NCBI GenBank assembly: GCA_965215345.1
Contig: CBDCDL010000001.1
Location: 320,163 to 384,162, forward strand
DNA length: 64,000 bases
Source: Spirochaetia bacterium
GTDB lineage: Bacteria; Spirochaetota; Spirochaetia; SZUA-6; Bin103
Reading direction: 5' to 3'
A model generated the notes under the pieces. The model worked only from the letters and a program-made list of their open reading frames with translations. It was not told where the DNA came from and made no database searches. How positions within the stretch are numbered: the first letter of the stretch is position 1; each line of letters starts with the position of its first letter. A program made the translations under genes and the position numbers. Shown piece by piece: positions 39,438-49,300 of this stretch.

Positions 39438-39637
39438 GGCGTTCCGCGCATCTCATCGAGTTCTTTCAGGGACATCAGGTCGTCACAGGTTCCCAGGTAG
39501 CGTGTCAGCGCGGCGCACCGAGCGCGGCGATTGAAATCGGCGACGGCCGTGACGATTGCTTCGCGCTTGGTCTTGGCGCCGGTGAGCCGCATGGCTTCCT
39601 CAAGGACATGACTCGGAATATCAACCGACGTCTTCAT
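39434..39637 (-). CDS. VapB-type antitoxin (ribbon-helix-helix/DUF2191-like), orphaned by truncation of its toxin.
   Basis: 67 aa. MKTSVDIPSHVLEEAMRLTGAKTKREAIVTAV. Confidence 0.7.
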   Translation of the reverse strand: MKTSVDIPSHVLEEAMRLTGAKTKREAIVTAVADFNRRARCAALTRYLGTCDDLMSLKELDEMRGTP

Positions 39638-39685
39638 GCTTCCAGAGTGATGCTTCGAATAATCCTGGTCAAGGATGCGACGAGC

Positions 39686-40648
39686 CTACCCCGAACCGGC
39701 CTCCTGAAGCCTCGCGATCTCCTCGAAGCTGAGATCGAGTTCCAGGGCGGCGGCATTGTCCGCGAACTCCTCCGGCGTCGCCGAGGCGGCGATCGGGTAC
39801 ACGTCCAGGCCGGTCTGCATGATGTAGGCGAGGGCGACGCGCGCGGCCGACACGCCGTGCGCGCGTCCGATCGCCTGCGCCGCCTCCAGGCGGGTGAAGT
39901 TGCCGTCCGAGCAGTAGGTGGCGGCGGAAAGCTCCTCCCGGCCGGAGTCCGGCCGCGGCTTGTCGCGGCCGAAACGGCCCGAGAAGAAGCCGCCGGCCAG
40001 GCTCGACCAGGAGAACACCGGGAGCTGCGTGCGGCGGTACCAGGCGCGGTCCCCGGCCGCGTCGGGGCCGCCGATCGACAGGCAGCCCGCCCACGGCGCC
40101 TGGAGCTGCACGGCCAGGCTGTAGTTGGGGCTCGAGGCCGCGAACGCAGGCAGCCCGTGGCGGGCCGCGTACGCGTTCGCTTCCTCGATGCGCGGCACGC
40201 TCCAGTTGGAGCCGCCGTAGGCGTGGATGCGGCCGGCCGCGTGGTGTTCGGCCATCGTCGCCACGATCGCGTCGACCGGGAGCGTGGGGTCGTCGCGGTG
40301 CAGCAGGTAGAGGTCGACGTAGTCGGTGCGCAGCCGCGCCAGTGAGTCCATCAGGTCGGAGGTCAGGTCGGCCGGCGTCACCCGCACGCGGTCCTGGTTC
40401 GGGTGGCACCCCTTGGTGAGGATCACCACCTGCTCGCGGTTGCCGCGCCGCTCCATCCAGGCGCCCAGCACACGCTCGCATTCGCCGCCGCCGTAGTTCC
40501 ATGCCGAGTCGAAGGTGGTGCCGCCGGCCGCGAACACGCCGTCCAGCAGGTCCACACCCTGCTCCAGGGCGTCCGTGCTCAGCATGGTTGTGCCGTGCAC
40601 GATGCGCGCCACGGGCTTGCCGACCCCGTTCACCCGTCCGTACTTCAT
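39686..40648 (-). CDS. Aldo/keto reductase family oxidoreductase.
   Basis: 320 aa. FDSAWNYGGGECERVLG, RTDYVDLYLLHRDD, IAASATPEEF. Confidence 0.85.
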   Translation of the reverse strand: MKYGRVNGVGKPVARIVHGTTMLSTDALEQGVDLLDGVFAAGGTTFDSAWNYGGGECERVLGAWMERRGNREQVVILTKGCHPNQDRVRVTPADLTSDLMDSLARLRTDYVDLYLLHRDDPTLPVDAIVATMAEHHAAGRIHAYGGSNWSVPRIEEANAYAARHGLPAFAASSPNYSLAVQLQAPWAGCLSIGGPDAAGDRAWYRRTQLPVFSWSSLAGGFFSGRFGRDKPRPDSGREELSAATYCSDGNFTRLEAAQAIGRAHGVSAARVALAYIMQTGLDVYPIAASATPEEFADNAAALELDLSFEEIARLQEAGSG

Positions 40649-40740
40649 CCGATTCAGCCTCCTGCGGGGTCCGGCCGCGTTCGACGTGGTCGCGGCGGCC
40701 GGCGCCGATCGGTAGTATGCCCTGAACGGAGGTATCGCCG

Positions 40741-41955
40741 ATGAGTTCAGAGTGTTGCGGATGGGACGATCTGCTGGCTCGCTCCGTGCCGAGCGAACCG
40801 GTCGCGCGCACCGCGCATCCGACGGCCGCCTACGACTTCGGGGTCGCCTATCCCGATCCCGACTCGCTGCCGCTCGACGAACTGGTCGAGTGCCTGCGTG
40901 ACGAGCTGGCCGTCGCCGGCCGCAGCCTGGCGCACTACCCGCACCCGCTCGGTTACCCGCCGCTGCGCGAGTGGCTGACCGGCCGGCTCGCCGAGACCCG
41001 TGGATTCACGGTGGACGCCGACAGCATCCTCCTGGGCTCCGGGTCGAGCGAGCCCAATTTCCTGGTCGCGCAGGCGCTGGTCGATCCCGGTGACGTGGTG
41101 CTGGTGGAGGACTTCACCTATGCCGGCACGCTCGGCATCCTGCGCCGCTTCGGCGCCGACATCCGGGGCGTGGAGTCGGACGACGAGGGCATGCTGCCCG
41201 ACTCGCTGGAGTACCAGATCCAGGCGGCACTGGACGACGGCAAGCGCGTGAAGGCGGTCTACACGGTGCCGACCTTCCAGAATCCGCTCGGCTGGGTGGA
41301 GTCGATGGCGCGGCGCGAGGCGGTGAGCGAGATCGCCGCCCGCTCCGGCGTGCCGGTGTGGGAGGACGACTGCTACGTCGATCTGGCCTTCGAGGGACAG
41401 GAGGTGCCGGCCGCCATTCGCGCGCTCGACGACAGCGGCCGCACGATCTACGTCGCCTCCTTCTCCAAGAACATCGGACCGGGCATGCGGATCGGCTACG
41501 TGACGGCTGCGCCGGCGCTGATGGATCGGATGATGGCCGTCAAGGGCGTCGGCGCCGTCAGTCAGTTCACGGCGATGGCCGTGCACCGGTATGCGGAGAG
41601 CGGTGGGCTTGCGGCCCACATCGACCGCGTGCGCGGCCTGCTGCGCGCCAAGCGAGACGCCATCCTGACCGCGCTCGACGCGCACCTGGGCGGCCGCGCG
41701 CGCTGGACCAGCCCGTCCGGCGGGCTGTTCGTGTTCGTGCAGATGCTCGACGGCTCGGACGCCGTGGCCGCCAGCGAGCGCGGGGCCGAGAACGGGGTGC
41801 TGTTCGCGCCGGGACCGCGCACCGCCGCCGACGGCGTGTCGGGGCGAGACCGGATGCGGTTGTGCTTCGGCTGGAACAGGCCGGACGAGATGGACGCCGG
41901 CATCGCGGCGCTGGCCGGGCTGCTGCAGCCGGAGCTGGCCGCGGTCAGCGGCTAA
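40741..41955 (+). CDS. PLP-dependent aminotransferase class I/II (2-aminoadipate transaminase/LysN-like), first gene of the operon that continues into the DPA genes.
   Basis: 404 aa. LGSGSSEPNFL, TVPTFQNPLG, FSKNIGPGMRIGY. There is a 19-nt gap to the next gene. Confidence 0.8.
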   Translation: MSSECCGWDDLLARSVPSEPVARTAHPTAAYDFGVAYPDPDSLPLDELVECLRDELAVAGRSLAHYPHPLGYPPLREWLTGRLAETRGFTVDADSILLGSGSSEPNFLVAQALVDPGDVVLVEDFTYAGTLGILRRFGADIRGVESDDEGMLPDSLEYQIQAALDDGKRVKAVYTVPTFQNPLGWVESMARREAVSEIAARSGVPVWEDDCYVDLAFEGQEVPAAIRALDDSGRTIYVASFSKNIGPGMRIGYVTAAPALMDRMMAVKGVGAVSQFTAMAVHRYAESGGLAAHIDRVRGLLRAKRDAILTALDAHLGGRARWTSPSGGLFVFVQMLDGSDAVAASERGAENGVLFAPGPRTAADGVSGRDRMRLCFGWNRPDEMDAGIAALAGLLQPELAAVSG

Positions 41956-41973
41956 GCTAAGCTAAGGCTCGAC

Positions 41974-43439
41974 GTGATCCTGCAGCGGCGTGAGCAGGAG
42001 CGAACCGCCCGACGAGCGGCTCCGGTGCCGCTCGTGGTCGACGTCGACGGCTCCCTGGTCAGCGGGGATCTGTTGATCGAGGGCGTCGCCCGGCTGCTGG
42101 CGGTGGCGCCGTTGCGCTTGTTCGCCCTGCCGTTCTGGTTGGCCGGTGGGCGCGCCGCGCTGAAGCGCAGGGTCGCGGAAGCCGTGCCGTTGCCCCCGGA
42201 GACGCTGGTGCTGAACCCGGCCGTGCTGGATGAGATCGCCGCCGCCACGACGGCGGGTCGCGAGGTGTGGCTGGCCTCCGCTGCCGACGAGCTGGTGGTC
42301 GCGCCGCTCGCCGAGCGGTTTTGCGGGGGGGGGGGGGGGGGGGGGTACTCGCCTCGGACGGACGCACCAATCTGGCGGGTCGGGCCAAGGCCGCCGCGCT
42401 GGTCGAGCGCTTCGGCGAAGGCGGATTCGATTACCTCGGTAACGAGCGGCGCGATGTAGCCGTCTGGCAACGGGCGAGGCGCGCCATCGGGGTCGCCCTG
42501 TCGGCGCGCCTCGCCCGGAAGGTGCGCGCGCTGGACGGCGACGCCCGGTTTCTCCCGGGGCTCGGCGGCCGTCCGCATGACTATCTGCTGGCACTGCGCC
42601 CGCACCAGTGGATCAAGAACGTGCTCGTGTTTCTTCCTCTGATCGCGGCGCACGCGACCGATCCGGGGCGGTACCTGGTAGCGGCCGGGGTGTTCGCGGC
42701 GCTGTCCGCGCTCGCGTCCGGCGCCTATTTGCTGAACGATCTGCTCGATCTGCCGCACGACCGGCGGCACGAGAGCAAGCGTCGGCGCCCGCTGACCGCC
42801 GGGAAGGTGCCGTTGCTGCCGATGCTCGGCCTGGGCGCGGCGCTGGCGGCCGGGGGATTGGCCCTGGGGTTCGCGCTGTCCGCGACCGCAGGGGCGTTCG
42901 TGCTGCTCTACCTGGCCGCGACGCTCGCCTACTCGCTGTGGCTGAAGCGCAAGATCTTCGTCGACGTCGTGGCGCTGGCACTGCTCTACGCGGTGCGCGT
43001 GCTGGCCGGCGCGGCGGCGGTCGCGGTGCCGCTGTCGCCCTGGTTCCTGGCGTTCTTTCTGTTCGTGTTCCTGACGCTGGCGGTCGTCAAGCGGCAAAGC
43101 GAGCTGTGCGCGCTGCGTGATGCAGGCCGTTCCGCGTCCGACGGGCGCGCCTATCAGGCCGGAGACATGCCGGTGATGGCGGCGCTCGGCGCGGCCAGCA
43201 GCTTCGCGGCGGTGGTGGTGGTCACCCTCTACCTGCAGAGCCCGGACGTAGAGCGACGCTATGCCCGACCGGAGCTGCTGTGGCTGGTCTGCCCGCTGCT
43301 GCTGTACTGGCTGGGGCGCATGACGCTGCTCGCTCATCGCGGGACGGTGGACGCCGACCCGCTGGTGTTCGCGCTACGCGATCGAGCGTTCTGGGTGACC
43401 GCCGCCGCCATCCTGGCCGTATTCGCAGCGGCGTTGTGA
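41974..43439 (+). pseudogene. HAD-IB-like phosphatase domain fused to a UbiA-family polyprenyl-phosphate phosphoribosyltransferase (Rv3806c/DPPR-synthase-like). A 21-G homopolymer at the domain junction splits it across two frames, so the gene is currently out of frame.
   Basis: ORF 41974..42459 (GTG start) holds HAD motif I VVDVDGSL. ORF 42267..43439 holds UbiA motifs NDLLDLPHDRRH and multiple TM segments. The frames meet only inside G21 (42325-42345). Confidence 0.7.
42325..42345 (+). repeat. Homopolymeric G21 tract within a coding sequence.
   Basis: Counted directly; both flanking ORF translations show poly-Gly (FCGGGGGGGY / RGGGGGGV) across it. Confidence 0.9.
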
Positions 43440-43441
43440 CG

Positions 43442-43864
43442 ATGACAGTCGGCGTGTCCTCCGCGGCGCTCGCCGCGCGCTATGCCGCCTGTGCCGCGGC
43501 CGCCACGGCGGCCAACGTCGCCACGCAACGAATCACCAGCGCGCTGTATGCCGGCCGCTTCGAGCTGTACGCGGCGATGGCGGCCGGCACGCTCACCGGA
43601 CTGGTCGCCAAGTATCTCCTGGACCGGCGCTGGATATTCCCTACCCGGCGTGCCGCGTTGGGCGGCCACGCCGTCGCGTTCGCCCGCTATACGCTGACGG
43701 GCGCCGCGACGACGTGCCTGTTCTGGGGGACCGAGCTGGCGTTCGCGGCGCTCGGCGACGCACGGTGGCTGCGCTACGCTGGCGCCGTCCTCGGTCTGAC
43801 TGTCGGCTATCTGACCAAGTACCGCCTCGACCGCCGCTTCGTGTTCCGGGAGCCGGCCGCGTGA
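43442..43864 (+). CDS. GtrA-family small membrane protein (Rv3789-like candidate polyprenyl-phospho-sugar flippase/anchor).
   Basis: 140 aa, frame-checked start. KYLLDRRWIF and YLTKYRLDRRFVF GtrA signatures; 4 predicted TM segments. Confidence 0.75.
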   Translation: MTVGVSSAALAARYAACAAAATAANVATQRITSALYAGRFELYAAMAAGTLTGLVAKYLLDRRWIFPTRRAALGGHAVAFARYTLTGAATTCLFWGTELAFAALGDARWLRYAGAVLGLTVGYLTKYRLDRRFVFREPAA

Positions 43865-45192
43865 TGCTCTCCGGGTGGGGTCGGTATCCGGTGCTGGACT
43901 GCCGCGTGGCGTATCTGCGCCGGCGCGAAGACCTGCCAGCGCTGCTCGGGCGCGGCGCTACGCTGATCGCGCGCGGCAACGGTCGCTCCTACGGCGACGC
44001 TGCGCTCAACCCGGAGCTGACGCTGTCGATGCTGGCGCTGGACCGGATGCAGGCGTTCGACGCTGCCACCGGTCTGCTGACCTGCGAAGCCGGCGTGCTG
44101 CTGGCCGACATCCTCGACACGTTCATGCCGCGCGGCTGGTTCCCGCCGGTGGTGCCGGGCACGAAGCTGGTCACCGTGGGCGGCATGATCGCTGCCGACG
44201 TGCACGGCAAGAACCATCACCGCGACGGCACCTTCGGCGCGCACGTGCAGTCGCTGACGCTGGCGACCGCCGACGGCGCGGTTCGCGAGTGCAGCCGCAC
44301 GCAGCACGCGGACCTGTTCCGCGCCACCCTCGGCGGGATGGGGCTGACCGGCGTGATACTCTCCGCGCGTTTCCGCCTGCGGCCGGTCGAAACCGCCTTC
44401 GTGATGGAGGAGACCGTGGCCGCGCGTGACCTCGACGAGACCATGGCCCTGTGCGAGGCGTCCCGCGACTGGCCGTACAGCGTCGCCTGGATCGACTGCT
44501 TGGCGCGGGGCGCGAAGCTGGGCCGGGCGCTGCTGGCCCGCGGAGCGTTCCTGGAGCGCGGCGCGTTGCCGCCGCAGCTGGCGGCCGACCGGCTGCGTCT
44601 GCCGCCAGCGAGCCGGCTCGCCGTTCCGATCGACGCGCCGTCCGTGCTGCTCAACGGCGGCGTGATCGGCCTGTTCAACGGGCTGTATTACCGGCGCGGG
44701 CGCGCGCGCTCCGGGGCGCGGGTGGTGCACTGCGACCCGTTCTTCTTCCCCCTCGACCGGATCGCGGCGTGGAATCGCCTCTACGGGCGCCGCGGCTTCG
44801 TGCAGTACCAGTGCGTGCTGCCCAAGGACGAGAGCCCGGCCGGCGTCGCGGCGCTGCTGGAACGGTCCGCCGCGGCCGGGCAGGGCTCGTTCCTGGCGGT
44901 GCTCAAGCTGTTCGGCCCGGCCGGGGACGGGCTGCTGTCGTTCCCGATGGAGGGTTACACCCTGGCGCTCGATTTCCCCTTACGCCGCGGCACGCCGGCG
45001 CTGCTCGACGCGCTGGACCGGATCACCCACCGCCACGGCGGGCGTGTCTACCTCGCCAAGGACGCCCGCTGCTCGCCGGAGCGGGTGCGTGCCGGCTACC
45101 CCGGGCGCGACGCCTTCGCGGCGGTCCGAGCCGCAGCCGCCGGCGCCGCGCCCAGGTTCGCTTCCACGCTTTCGCGGAGGCTCGGATTGTGA
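43864..45192 (+). CDS. dprE1: Decaprenylphosphoryl-beta-D-ribose 2'-oxidase-like FAD-dependent oxidoreductase (DprE1 ortholog).
   Basis: 442 aa. ATG overlaps the gtrA stop. Close match to M. tuberculosis DprE1 over GRSYGD, PGTKLVTVGGMIAADVHGKNHH, GGMGLTGVIL, GFVQYQCVLP, KLFGP. Confidence 0.8.
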   Translation: MLSGWGRYPVLDCRVAYLRRREDLPALLGRGATLIARGNGRSYGDAALNPELTLSMLALDRMQAFDAATGLLTCEAGVLLADILDTFMPRGWFPPVVPGTKLVTVGGMIAADVHGKNHHRDGTFGAHVQSLTLATADGAVRECSRTQHADLFRATLGGMGLTGVILSARFRLRPVETAFVMEETVAARDLDETMALCEASRDWPYSVAWIDCLARGAKLGRALLARGAFLERGALPPQLAADRLRLPPASRLAVPIDAPSVLLNGGVIGLFNGLYYRRGRARSGARVVHCDPFFFPLDRIAAWNRLYGRRGFVQYQCVLPKDESPAGVAALLERSAAAGQGSFLAVLKLFGPAGDGLLSFPMEGYTLALDFPLRRGTPALLDALDRITHRHGGRVYLAKDARCSPERVRAGYPGRDAFAAVRAAAAGAAPRFASTLSRRLGL

Positions 45193-45272
45193 GCGCTCCC
45201 CGATCCGCGTCGGGAAGGCGCATGGTGCTACGCCACTCGGACAACTCTCACTCACCTGAAGGAAGGAACGCG

Positions 45273-46283
45273 ATGTTGTTACGGACGACAGGAACGCACG
45301 GTGGGCGGCCCCGCATCGGCGCATGGTCGCTGGCGCTGGTGGTTCTGGCTCTCGTGCCCGGAGATACGCTCGCGGCGCTCGACCCGCCGGTGCTCGGCTC
45401 CACTTATCGGATGGAACAGACCGTCGAGCGGGACGAGGACGAGGACGAGCAGGGTGATGAAAGCTTCGCCATCACGGACGTGCGCCACACCTATGCCGTT
45501 ACCGCGACCGTGCGTCAGAGCCTGGGCAACGACGCACGGGTGACGGCGCCACTGCGGCTTACGACCACCCGATCCGACATCAAGGGGACCATGAAGGCAA
45601 ACGTCACCTTCGAGCCGCGGCTCGATCTGACTCTCGGCGACTTCGACCTGGGTACGCTCCTGATCCTGCGCTCCAGCGGCGTGCTCGGTGCCCAGGTGCG
45701 CCCTCGCCTGCGAGCCGGCGACGTGATCCTCGACGGCATGGTGGAGCCTCGGTTCGAACTGAACGAAGACCCCGGCGACAACCGCCAGAGATATACGGCG
45801 GCGCTCGGATTGGGCGTGCGCGCGAGCGACGCCTTGCGTCTGGGCGTCCGCTACAGCGGCACGGCACGCTTCGCCCTCGGGGAAGAGAACACGGAAGACG
45901 CGCATTTCTCCCACAGCCTCCAGCCGCGGCTCGACATGCATCTCGCGGACGGTGTCGACCTGGGTACGGTCCTGATCTTCCGCTACGCCAGCGATCCGCG
46001 GCTCACCGCCGGCGGTCGCCTGCAGCCGCGGCTGCGGGTCGGCGACTTCGTCGTCAACGGCTCGGTGGAACCCTTGCTCGTCGTCTACACGGACGCCCCG
46101 CAGAGCAATCACCTCTCCACCAGGGCCTCGCTCGGACTGACCTACGCGTGGGACGCCGTGCGCCTGAGCACCAACGTCGGCGGCTCCCTGCTCTTCGCCA
46201 TCGGCGAAGCGAGCACCAGGAAGACGCGCGTCTCCCACTTCGTCGACCTGTCTTTGCAGGTCGATCTCGCCAAGGCGCAGTAG
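45273..46283 (+). CDS. Secreted hypothetical protein with a signal peptide, an acidic stretch and internal repeats (PRLD..L.D.DLGT.LI.R ... PRLR.GD....G.VEP).
   Basis: RBS GAAGGAAGG. MLLRTTGTHGGRPRIGAWSLALVVLALVPGDTLAA. Lies between dprE1 and the GT-C genes. Confidence 0.5.
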   Translation: MLLRTTGTHGGRPRIGAWSLALVVLALVPGDTLAALDPPVLGSTYRMEQTVERDEDEDEQGDESFAITDVRHTYAVTATVRQSLGNDARVTAPLRLTTTRSDIKGTMKANVTFEPRLDLTLGDFDLGTLLILRSSGVLGAQVRPRLRAGDVILDGMVEPRFELNEDPGDNRQRYTAALGLGVRASDALRLGVRYSGTARFALGEENTEDAHFSHSLQPRLDMHLADGVDLGTVLIFRYASDPRLTAGGRLQPRLRVGDFVVNGSVEPLLVVYTDAPQSNHLSTRASLGLTYAWDAVRLSTNVGGSLLFAIGEASTRKTRVSHFVDLSLQVDLAKAQ

Positions 46284-46373
46284 TGGTCATCTCGCCGAGC
46301 ACGGCCGTCGCGTGCCGACGTGCGTGCGTGCACGCTATTCCCGGCACGTCGAACGCTCACGGAGGTGCGGCCG

Positions 46374-49300
46374 GTGAGTGAACAGGACAAGGTTACGACG
46401 CCGAAAGACACCGCTCAGCGCAACCGATGGCGCGCCCTGATTGCTGGTTGTCTGGAGATCAAGGCGCGGTTCGAAGGAACGTTCGTGACGCTTGCGAAGA
46501 TCCTGAATACCCCCGTTCTGCTGCCGTTGATCGGCGGGTTGACATTCGTCGTCGTGTTTCATTTCGCGTACTCCGGCGTGGACGATGATCTGTATCAGGC
46601 TCGTGACGACGGTGTCATCACGCTGAGTCATGCCCGGAATCTCGTGGAATACGGGTTCATCGGAGTGAATCCTTCTGGAGGCCGTGTCGAGGGATACTCC
46701 GCGCCGGTTCAGTTCTTCCTGTTCGCCGCCGTGTACGCCGTTACGGGCACGGGCTACGCCGCTTACGCGACGGCACAGACCGTAGTCGCCACCTTCCTGC
46801 TGGGTGCGCTGTTCATACTGTTCTTCAGGAAGCGGAAGGTTCCGAGCCTGATCCTGACAGGGCTGGCTGCGCTGTTGCTCGCGTACGCCCGGCCGTTCAT
46901 CGAGTGGCATGGTTCGGGAATGGAGAACGCGATCACGCACGTACTCTTCCTGGCCACCGTGCTGACACTGGTCTCGTTTGTGCGGATGGAGCGGATCATC
47001 TACCCGCTGTCCTGCGTCGTGTTTCTGGCGACGATTTCGAGAATCGAGAGCATCTTCCACGTCGGCCCGCTGCTGGTCGTGTTCGGCGTATTCTGGCTGC
47101 TCGCGCTCCGGGACTGGCGCGGCATCCGCTTTGCGTTCGTCGTGCTAGGGCTGTGGGCCCTGTTCCAGGTGTGGCGGTATCACTATTTCGGCGAGTTACT
47201 GCCCAATACCGCCCACGCCCAGGGAATCTCCGTGTTCGACAACCTGCGCCCGTGGCTACGGTTGGACGTGGATCACATGCAGCGCGCTGCCACCCGTGCC
47301 CGGGACATGCTCGAGGTGCACGGCGGTATTGTGCTGCTGTTGGCGCTTCCAGCCACGCTAGTGGTCTCCCGCCGCCGGGAGACCGTCCTGTTGCTGCTCC
47401 TCATAGGTACTTTGGTCCTGACCGCCGCGCTTAACGAGTCGGTGTTCGGTCGCGACCGGATCGACCCGAACCGCACGACGACCCATGTGGCGGTGTTCTC
47501 AGCGCTGGGCAGCGCCCTGTTGCTGTTCGCCTGCCTTGACAACCGCCGGCGTGCATTGTGGGCCGCCCCGGCGCTCGGGCTGGTCGTGGTTGTCGTGTTC
47601 GGTATGAACGTCGTTCCTCCCTATCACTTGGGCTGGTCGACTGCCTCTTTCGAAATCCATAGAGACAAGTTCGCCGACATCGCGGCGGCAGAAGATCTAC
47701 CCCGAGCGACCGTAGCGAATCCTGATCTGGGCGCGATGAGCTACCACAAGCAGTTCAACATCGTGGATCTAGGGCGCATCGGTTCACCGATCATGGCGCG
47801 GACGTCGGGACCTGTCAGAGCCGACTATTTATTTGATTTCGCGGCCCCCGACATCATCGAGAGTCACTCCGCGTGGTCATGTGGTTACGATGGGGAGCTG
47901 TTCTCCGACCCCCGATTCGAGAAGCGGTATCAACCCGTTGAGACTTGGGTAACGGACTGGACCAGGAAGTGGTGTACATCCAACCCGGAATCCCAGTCCG
48001 GCTTCTGGATTCGTTCCGCGATTCTCAAGTCTTCGGAGTCCGCGGAGCGGCAGCTCATCGACCGGATGGCCGCGGACCCTTCCGCCGAGCGGCTCCGCGA
48101 CGAGCTGGCGAAGTGCCAGGCGATAGAGGACCCTGATTATCAGAATTGCGTGTACGTCGCCAGAACGGCTTGGCGGTTCCTGCCGGAACTGCGAAAGCAG
48201 CGCCAAGTCGATGCGCTCGACGATATCTTTTCGTCGAGCCTCAGCGCCGCCTTTGACCGCTCTCTCATCAACGGCCACCGCGACGGCCAGGCTCATCGCG
48301 ACGCCGTCGAGTTCATATGGGACAACTACCTGCGTGAGATCACAGACCGACAGCCGACCGTCAGCTCCGAGTTCGACGTGTATCTCGACGGGGAGGAGCT
48401 GATCTACGTCAAGCGGGGGTGCAGCGAGGAGGCCGTCACGCTGCCGTTCTTCGTGCACCTGATGCCGGTCGACCGGAGCGACCTGCCCGAGCATCGCAAG
48501 CAATACAAGTTCGACAACCTGGACTTCAGGTTCGAGGATGCCGGCGGCGTCAGAGAGGGCGATGTGTGCGCGGTAACGCGGAGGCTCCCGGACTACGAGA
48601 TCGCCGAGGTCAGAACCGGCCAGTACGTCTCCGGCGGCGAGCAGACGTGGAAGGTGAAGTTCCAGCCGGGTCAGACGCCGCCGGTACGCTCCCTGCTGGA
48701 CCGCATCGAAGCGCTGGACGGACCAATCATCAGCTCGGAGTTCGACGTATACCTCGACGGAAAGGAGCTGATCTACGTCAAGCGGGGGTGCAGCGAGGAG
48801 GCCGTCGCGCTGCCGTTCTTCGTGCACCTGACGCCGGTCGACCGGAGCGACCTGCCCGAGCATCGCAAGCAATACAAGTTCGACAACCTGGACTTCAGGT
48901 TCGAGGATGCCGGCGGCGTCAGAGAGGGCGATGTGTGCGCGGTAACGCGGGAACTCCCGGACTACGAGATCGCCGAGATCACAACCGGCCAGTACGTCTC
49001 CGGCGGGGAGCAGACCTGGAGGGTGGCATTCTCGACGGGCGGCACACCGCCACAGCCACAGCAGATCGCGACAGCGGCAGCGCAGCACGTCGGCACGGTC
49101 AGCGAGCAGCGTGAGACCGAGGAGGTCGTCGGCATCGACTCCCTCGTGGAACGCATCGAAGCGCTGGGAGGCCCCGTCGTCAGCTCGGAGTTCGACGTAT
49201 ACCTCGACGGAAAGGAGCTGATCTACGTCAAGCGGGGGTGCAGCGAGGAGGCCGTCACGCTGCCGTTCTTCGTGCACCTGATGCCGGTCGACCGGAGCGA

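Noticed and set aside
41951-41966. GCTAA x3 microsatellite immediately after the aminotransferase stop.
   Set aside because: It is 15 nt long with no evident function. It is noted only as a possible slippage site.
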